Position numbers and translations under genes: made by a program. The notes beneath the pieces were generated by a model. The model was given only the letters and a program-made list of their open reading frames with translations. It was not told the DNA's origin and did no database searches. DNA of 64,000 nucleotides from Octopus vulgaris (Eukaryota): positions 75,082,001 to 75,146,000 of the forward strand of contig OX597821.1 of the NCBI GenBank assembly GCA_951406725.2. The letters are read 5' to 3'. Below, piece after piece: positions 55,389-64,000 of this stretch. Within the stretch, counting starts at the first letter, position 1, and each line of letters starts with the position of its first letter.

Positions 55389-55707
55389 TTAAACAGCCCT
55401 GCATTCAGTAAAATGTTGCTGCAGCTGAAAATTATTTCATATATTTTTAGCGAATTTCCATAAGAATACGGACCAGGTTCTAAGCCAGTAGGCTGACAGA
55501 ATCGTTAGTACGAAGGACACAATACCCAAGAGCATTTATTTCTTTTCATCTTTGTAGTGTCGATAAAATAAAGTACTAACCAAGTGCACGGTCGATGTAA
55601 TCGCCATGCTTGCCCACCCTCTGATCTGCTACACTTAAACCCGTTGTTCGGGCCGATATCCCGTTCAACGGGTATGTTGTGATTTCGGTTATTTATTCGC
55701 AATGGAA

Positions 55708-56445
55708 GACGGCGAGCTGGCAGAGAAGTTAGCACGCCGGGCGAAATGTTTAGCCGTATTTCGTCTGCCGTTACGTTCTGGGTTCAAATTCCGCCGAGGC
55801 CGACTTTGCCTTTCATCCTTTCGGGGTCGATAAATTACGTACCAGTTACGCACTGGGTACGATGTAATCCACTTAATCCGTTTGTCTGTCCTTGTTTGTC
55901 CTCTCTGTGTTTAGCCCCTTGTGGGTAGTAAAGAAATAGGTATTTCGTCCTTTTCTAAGTTCAGTGTCCAAATTCCGCCGAGGTCGACTCCGCTTTTCAT
56001 CTTTTTGGGGTCGATAGATTAAGTACCAGTTGCATACTGGGGTCGATATAATCGACTGCCCCCCCCCTCTCCCAAAATTTCGAGCCTTATGCCTAGAGTA
56101 GAAAAGAATCGTTAGCACGCCGGCCGAAACGCTTTGCGGTATTTCGTCCGTCGCTACGTTCTGAGTTCAAATAACGCCGAGGCCGACTTCGCCTTTCAGC
56201 TTTTCGGGGGTTGATAAATTAAGTACCAGTTGCATACTGGGGTCGAACTAATCGACTGCTCCCCACTCTCCGAAAATTCCGGTTCTTTAGCTTAGAGTAG
56301 AAAAGAATTGTTAGCACGCCGGCCGAAACGCTTTGCGGTATTTCGTCCGTCGCTACGTTCTGAGTTCAAATTCCGCCGAGGTCGACTTTGCCTTTCATCT
56401 TTTCGGGGTTGATAAATTACGTACCACTGAAACACTGAGGTCAAT
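55708..56445 (+). mobile_element. Family B SINE tetramer
   Basis: One full head at about 55708 and B-box bodies near 55780, 55960, 56160 and 56360. Confidence 0.85.
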
Positions 56446-56700
56446 GGTGGGTTCTGTGATGGTTCTGTGCTTAATTTAAGACTTGAAAGAATGTGATGTG
56501 TTCTAGCTGAGGTAGCTTTTTTTGATACAGTTTAGATTCCAGGTAGAACTATACCTATATTCTATTATTTTGTATAGCGACGTCGCATGATGTTTCTCAA
56601 TTGTTTTCTTATAAGAAGGCAGGAAATTTAGTATCCTGTTCAACGTTCCACGATACGTTCTGATTCCATAGTTCCGTGGCTGTTTAGCACATAGTCAATG

Positions 56701-57369
56701 TACAGGGAGGCCATAAAGTGACGCACCATCCTGCAACATGTGAAATTGCTAACATTCTTTATTTTATCTCTTTACACAACTGCCGATATTATAAACCAAT
56801 CCTCATTGGATCGAGGCGGATAATCAACAAGGCAGGGGCAAGATAATTGCGTGGTGTGGGATTTGGCACAATCAAGTAATTGGACCATTTTATTTTGAGG
56901 GATCTGTGACAGGTGGTTCGTGTCTCGACATGCTTGGCAAGAAGATGGTGCCTCACGTAAGCATTCACTTAGAAAGGGAAATCCTCTCTGGTTTCAGCCG
57001 GATGGCGCCCCGCCCCATTATGCACTACAGGTTCGTTATTTTCTGAATGAACATTTTCCAGGGAGATGACTCGGGTGTCGTGGCCCAATTGAAAAGGCAC
57101 CACAGTCACCAGATTTAACTCCCATGAACTTTTTCTTCATGGGATACATTAAATCCTTTGTATATTCTGAAAAGATTTGTCACCAAGGACATCTTCTTTT
57201 ACTCCTTTATTCTTTTACTTGTTTCAGTCGAGCAAATCAACCCCAGGACTTATTTTTTGTAAGCGTAGTACTTATTCTGTCGGTCTGTTTTGCCGAACCG
57301 CTAAGTCACGGGGACGTAGACACACCAGCATCGGTTGTCAAGCGATGTTTGGGGGATAAACAGAACACA

Positions 57370-57445
<76 letters not shown>

Positions 57446-57820
57446 CGACGGGCTTCTTTCAGTTTCCGTTTACCAAAACCACTCTCAAGGCTTTGGTCGG
57501 CTCGAGGCTATAGTAGAAGTCACTTGCCCAAGGTGCCACGTAGTGGGATTGAACCCAGAACCATGTGGCTGGTAAGCAAGCTACTTACCACACAGCCACT
57601 CCTACGCCTATCTTCTTCAAAGAATTGTTAAAGCGCGTGAACAAGTCAACAGCAATGAAAAGTTATTTGAGAGGGTTCATCGCAATTTCAAATTCTGTAT
57701 GAACACTTGTTTAGAGCTCCATGGCCAACACTTCGAACATTTGTAATGGATTACCTACTTCATTGCAAATAGAGCATACTTGATATCTCCCATGGTGCGT
57801 GGCTTTGTGGCCTAACTGTA
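56701..57820 (+). mobile_element. Internally deleted Tc1/mariner (rosa/DD41D-like) transposon interrupted by a SINE
   Basis: TIRs TACAGGGAGGCCATAAAGTGACGCACC and GGTGCGTGGCTTTGTGGCCTAACTGTA. Motifs WCGIWHNQVIGPFYFEG, WFQPDGAPPH, SPDLTPMNFFFMGYIKSFVY and HGQHFEHL*. Confidence 0.85.
57199..57609 (-). mobile_element. Family A SINE nested in the DD41D-like element
   Basis: TSD ATCTTCTT at 57191-98 and 57610-17. Confidence 0.9.
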
Positions 57821-58208
57821 TGCATATGGCTAGAAACAGGAGGCGAATAGACATTATTTGATGAAGCATGACTAGAAGTGTGCCTGATTGATTTTTATTT
57901 ATCCTTACACAGAGAAAGAGTAGTGGTCGCAGTTGATGATTCCGTGTGAGACAAGGAAACATTATTTCCTTTGGTTGTTGACACTGTCTGTACGTCACCT
58001 GATAAACTAAGGAGAGATATAAGCTGTTGTATAGCCACATTGTTTTCACTGAATAATTGTACTTACGAGTTAAAGTTCATATTGTTTAGAAACGAATGGA
58101 AAACTAGTCAATGCATAGACAGAGAAACATGTACTCCATCTTTACTCAGGGTTTCCTACACACACACATGTATATGTGGCATATATATGCGTGTGTGTGT
58201 GTGTGCCA

Positions 58209-58390
58209 TGATAGATTGCTAGCCACTAAACCCTTTTCTATTTCCTCTCCCTGTTTATTTCTCTGTTCCTTTTTGTTGAAGAGCGTATGCTCGAAACGTA
58301 AAAGACTTTCTCACTTCCTGAGCGTTAAAATAATACAACAGTTTGTTGTTTACACACCTGTCTTCGTCCTTTACTTTTTGTAAATTCTCA
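58209..58390 (+). mobile_element. Penelope-like short repeat with a hammerhead-like motif (family D)
   Basis: CTTT-TTGTTGA-AGAGCGTATGCTC-GAAACGTA-AAAG at 58269-58304; near-identical copy at 61431-61603. Confidence 0.65.
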
Positions 58391-61300
58391 CTATATATAT
58401 ATATATATAATATAGTCTGGTGTGTGTTTTTGCACACACAGACACGCATATAACGTGCATCAGTCTTGTTTGTTTTAAATATGTTAACTCTTTGAAATAC
58501 TAGGCTTTAAATGTCCCATAAAATTAGGACATAGAAATAGAATTCATATTTGGGGACACGCCATCTGACAGGAGAATATAAAACTAAATCTGAGGTCGAA
58601 CGAAAAACTAGTCCAGTTAAGAGTGTTGCCACCGTTTACATCAATGAGTTTATGGGAAGCTATTTACAACCCTCATCAGTTTCTTCCTCTAACTAAGTTT
58701 TACACTATGTAAAATTTCATTTAATGAGTATTGATCGTGGTCTCAACGCGGTGCCAGAAGCGAGATGTATTGGCTGAGAGTTCCAGCTGTGATAATATTT
58801 CACATTATAAATGATGGTCATTAATTATACAATTCATTACATGTAAAATTCGTTTTGACACTCTGTGAAGGTAACACAATAGCATGCCATTGTTTCAAAT
58901 AGATTCTGAGATGTTTTACATCGTGACTTTGTTTATTAAAAGACCCAATTTAAAGTCTATCAAAATAAATAAACAAATAAATAGACTAAAATAAAAATTC
59001 ATAAAACTAATTCCTTCGACAAATATTCGTTGGATACTAATATATTTTCGTGCGTTTATTTTCCGTCACACCACTGTTATAGACACTCAATCGTTGTCTC
59101 GCAATGTAGTGTAAGATTTTAGAAATCTGGTTTATGAGATGAAATAGAGGATAAAATTATAAATATATCACAAAATTCGATTTATTCTGTGGTTTATCTG
59201 TGTTGACACATGCAATTAACATCTTTCGTCTTTGACGCCAAATAATTAAAATCTAACAACCGAAAAGACACGAGTTTTCGTTTAATTTACACTTGAAAAC
59301 ACTTATAATCGCAAAAGTACGAAAGAGAAAAATAAACAGCTCTTGGTGAAGAATGAATGAAAATAAATATGTTTCTTTCTCCATTAACGCTGAATGAAGA
59401 AACCCTATTTATCATAAGATTGTTCTATTATCTTTTGTTTTATTTTCACCAAATATCAAATTCTTTGCAAACAATGGGAATCCATTTAAGCCGGAAGTAA
59501 AGTTAGCGTTAGAAGTTCATTGAAATATATTCAAGAGTATGGATTATAAGTCAAATGTGATGCCATTAAGCATAGACGGCACAATTTATGTTTTATAAAT
59601 TCAAAAAAATTTGGAAACTGGAGAGGTATTAGCATTTATATATAAGTAATTTCAAGACTTCTAAATAATTCGAAAACTATCATCTACCATTTAAAAATCA
59701 TACTAGTTCTACATAATGAATCGAGATAAGTGTTTTTATACGTTTCTCACTTCAGTATAAGCTTTAAATTTTTTGGGGCCTAAAATGGATTTTTAGAAAA
59801 TATTTTCCATACTTTTTTCATTTAGTAATATTTATTCTACTTGGATAGTCATCAGAGATATTTCTCTGACACCATGTCTACGAACGCCTTTTGCTACATT
59901 CCTTGACAAGCATTATTTCTGTGTGGTGAGAAAATATACAATTTTGTGCCCAATAGTATTGTTTCATATAGTGTTTGCTGGATATAAACAGATGTCATTT
60001 ATTTTTTGTTAGTTGTAGGCAAGTTTTCCACAACTGGTTTAGTACACAGAACGTAGATAACCGGAACAAATACCGCCAAACCTGTCCTCCTGACACTTGA
60101 AGACTTTTAGTAATCTACAATTCTACAATTCTATGTTCTGATTTGGAACTTTATTGACGCCAATGGAATAAAATGTTACATTTACGTCGTTGGAACTCGG
60201 ATTCAGAACATAAAAAAAACCCTAACAAATATCGTAAAACTGTTGTTGTACCGATTCTACAAACGCTACACTTTGAATTCAAAAGACCGTATATTGTTTG
60301 AGTAACCCAGTTGGTCTTCAACACATTGTTTTAATGCATACATATCTAGGTATATCTGATTTATCGTACAGCCGAATCAAAAATCATAGATTAATCGAAT
60401 AATTTTAATTAAAGATGATTGCATAATAATTTCAATTAAATCTAAATATTAAAATTAATAACGAATAATGTCGAACGAAATTCCCACACTACTGTAAATC
60501 ATCAGCGATTTTCAAATAACATCCAACTTTTGAGAATATTTAACTGCCATCCACTTCCCAACCGTCAGAGGTTTTCTTGTTACTACGTATTATTATATTT
60601 GTTGCAATAGGTAGTCTTGAAATAACGGTAAACTATTTAATTCCAATGCCAAAACGTATTGATACGGCCACGTAATCGATTCTTGTCACTCTGTGTTGAT
60701 AGATATTTTAAACAAGCACTGTTATTAAACATTGTTTAGAATCTCAAAGATATCATCAGTAAGAAACTAATCTCTCTCTCTCTAAATATATATATGTGTG
60801 TGTGTATGAGAGAGAGAGAGAGAGAGTGTGTGTGTCTGTGTTTGTGTATGTATATCTGTATGCATGTTATGTCTGTATACATATATACAAAACACGTATT
60901 ATAGTAGTGGGTCCAACAAACTGGCGAATGAACCCCGTCGTCAGTAAACTATGGCTGGTGGCAAAATGTGATCAGAACAAAATTACGATTTATTATATGT
61001 AGATTATCTTTTCCATGCGTGAGTATCATTTTAATGAAACATTCAACTGTTGCGATGGTCATGTTTTGATGGCTCGTTTGCTTCTCTCAGTCTGATGTCT
61101 TTGAACTCGTCTGATTTATTGATCGTTATTCATTAATGAAACAATGACAACGAAGTTATATCATTGTCATTTTTATTATTTTAAAAACAAACACACTTAT
61201 ACACAAAACAAAATTTGATGATCAACGAAACAATACAAACGTTTGTACTTGGCTCTTCGTTCAATCACTGAAAGCGATGTAATCTTCCAAAGCCTGATAA

Positions 61301-61430
61301 ATACAGCAACTGTGTTAGAGTTTATGATTAAAATAAACTAAGGATAATATGCATGTGTGTGTTTGTGTGTGTACCTCTGCCAATATGCAGAAAATTATAT
61401 ATAAATACATATATGTATGTGTGTATATAT

Positions 61431-61601
61431 AATAGATCGCTAGCCACTAAACCTTTTTCTATTTTCTCTCCCTGTTTATTTCTCTGTTCCTTTTTGTTGA
61501 AGAGCATAGGCTCGAAACGTAAAAGACTTTCTCACTCCCCGAGCGTTAAACTAATACATCAATTTGTTGTTTACACACCCGTCTTCGTCTTTTGTTTTTT
61601 G

Positions 61602-61603
<2 letters not shown>
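61431..61603 (+). mobile_element. Penelope-like short repeat (family D)
   Basis: Close copy of 58209-58390. Confidence 0.65.
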
Positions 61604-61651
<48 letters not shown>

Positions 61652-62309
61652 TGTATGTATGTATGTATGTATGTATGTATGTATGTATACTTATGTATGT
61701 ATGTATGCATGTATGTATATATGCAAATATATATATCTGCACACACATATATAAAGCATAAATAAGGAATTATGTGAGGTGAAGATATATATTTTTAATC
61801 ACATGACTTCTATATGATTACGGCCGTTTTGCAACCTTTTTCATGTAATACAAAAATACAAGAAATTATGCGTATATTATGCGGATTAATATGCAATAAT
61901 ATGCCCAGCGTTATACAATACAACTGCTTATTCAGAAATTAATGTAAATGAAGAAATCTAGGTCATCAGATCACCAGAAAATCATGGTTACATTAAGAGA
62001 TCAGCTCTAGATATACCTGCAAAATTAACTGTTTATAATTAAAACGTACGGAAGCCCAGAATTGACCAAAATTATATTGGTTTGGTCAATAAAAGGAAAT
62101 TAACATTGCGAAGACATACTGTGGTACTATTCATTACAGAAATCACTTGGTTTTGTTTTTTTTTGCATATAAGCGAACTCAGATCAATTAAGTTAAAGTG
62201 TTAAATGAGAATTTAGGAATTTACCATCCTTGACCAAATTTTTACAGATGACTGAAAATAGGTTAAAATGAAAAAAATAATTATTAAAATAATTATTAAA
62301 AAATACTCG

Positions 62310-62406
62310 GTGTCCTATAAACAGGACACTGAGACAATGTGATATAGCTTATTTAATGTTCTCATTTTGTGTCCTATTTATAGGACAGTGGGACTTAATG
62401 GGTTAA
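62310..62406. mobile_element. Possible piggyBac-type terminus
   Basis: Ends in GGGTTAA and carries two subterminal quasi-palindromes GTGTCCTAT...AGGACA. The partner end was not confidently found. Confidence 0.4.
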
Positions 62407-62688
62407 TTTGAGCAACACAAGAGGAAATAAAGTAAAATAAAGTAAAAAGTGAAGTCAAAAACTATGGACTTATAATATAGAAACATTTAACAAAGTATTT
62501 ACACTGGCGTGTAGATTGGCTTAGGGACAAAACAGCTGTTACCTTAAAGATTTTAAAGAATTCATTTCTGAGTGCCATGAGGTGAGGGGTCAGCTTCTAC
62601 TACGACAATGACTGATAGCCGTGTCCGAAGGAGGAGCCTACTGTGACAATGGAAATGGTAGTTTGCATCATAATATATAAATATATGC

Positions 62689-62719
<31 letters not shown>

Positions 62720-62754
62720 CATACCTACATATATATGTATATATACATGCATAT

Positions 62755-62915
62755 ATGGGTACAGGACATCAAAACAAAAACCATAATGAGAAACGAAAAC
62801 AAAAACATAGAAACGAACTTTAATTTCAACCAACGAAAAAACAGAGAAACGAGACATGCAACATAAAGAATATTCCCCTTCTTCAGTTGTCCCTGTTTCA
62901 TGAAGGGGCATCCAT
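62755..62915 (-). mobile_element. Decayed relative of the 7419-7620 permuted-hammerhead element
   Basis: Minus strand CCCCTTCAT-GAAAC-AGGGACAA-CTGAAGA-AGGGG, followed by a tail homologous to 7490-7620 (CTCTGTTTTTTCGTTG...GTTTTCGTTTCTC...TGTCCTGTAC). Confidence 0.7.
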
Positions 62916-63471
62916 AAACATATACATACATACATACATACACACATACATACATACATACATACATACATACATACATACATACATACATACATAAGAT
63001 GCAAAAATGACAAACATCAGCTGGTAGACATTTTAGTATGTCTGTTTATTCAAAAGAATTAGAAAGTATTAGAAGAATACATACACATGTAATAACTATG
63101 TGTTTCACACACATGTATTAATATTACAAAAAAGAGCAAAATATCAGATTGTCAGAAGATACTAAGTTCCTTACGGCCGTTTCTGCCAAGAGGCATCGAA
63201 ATCCTCCATGCCATCTCTATCTCCTCAGTGTTCTGTAGGGATGGGCAGATGTATGTATGTATGTATATATGTATGCACACACTCACACATGTATATATGT
63301 CTGCACACACACATATATTTATTTTCTTTATTTGTGAATTAAGGCTACGAATGTTAAAAAATTATTTATAAAGAAATTATTTATCCACCAATCCGGTGTT
63401 GAGCACTCATTCCAACGTTCTACATTTACATGTATATACTTATATTTATATATATATATATATATATATAT

Positions 63472-63527
<56 letters not shown>

Positions 63528-64000
63528 ATGTGTGTGTAGATATATGAATGTGCGAATGTATATACTTTCATATGCATCTGCGTATATATGTGTGTATTTG
63601 TGTGTGTTTATGTGTATGTACATACAGAACACACATAAATATTGGTTGAACACTGCTACATGTAGTGTAATAAGTGCGTTTTATTGACATTAAAATTATC
63701 GATTGAAATATCAAATCTAAAAAGTGTGGGGTGGGGGAGAGAATGATAAAAGCTTAGAGTGTTTTACATAATATAATATTTTTTAAACGTGTCTTTTTTT
63801 AGTTGTAAAGCAGCAAAATATGAATAAGTGTGTGTATATATTCACGTCTGTGTGTATGTGAATGAAAATACGTGTACGATTGTGTGCGTTTCTTTGCGCG
63901 GACGCGTTAGTGTGTGAATGCATAACAATATGAATAATCTGGGAAGCGTATAGATGTGACCTGAGAGACAATCCTGTTTCACGAGCAGGTGGGTGTGGTC

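Noticed and set aside
63160-63235. Minus-strand CTGAGGA...GAAACGGCCGTA
   Set aside because: A Penelope-like palindromic stem III is present but stems I and II do not pair; too decayed to call.

Overview
AT-rich eukaryotic DNA dense in microsatellites and repeats. The SINE families and the (TA)n/(CA)n/(TATC)n landscape suggest an octopus (coleoid cephalopod) genome; this is an inference. I found no intact host protein-coding exon, and nearly all track ORFs are microsatellite artefacts. The window holds decayed Dong/R4 (RLE) and CR1-like retrotransposons, several Tc1/mariner and hAT relics, MITEs, many tRNA-derived SINEs (some multimeric inside one TSD) and Penelope-like tails with decayed type I hammerheads. 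Main finding: two otherwise unrelated sequences (7419-7492 and 33039-33113) each carry the full hammerhead core in the non-circularly permuted order cleavage site, GAAA, CUGAUGA. They share the same 29-nt GAAA-to-CUGA spacing, fully covarying stems I and III, an extra pseudoknot helix and an upstream hairpin. A decayed third relative lies at about 62760-62915 on the minus strand. All structures were paired by eye; nothing was computed or searched.
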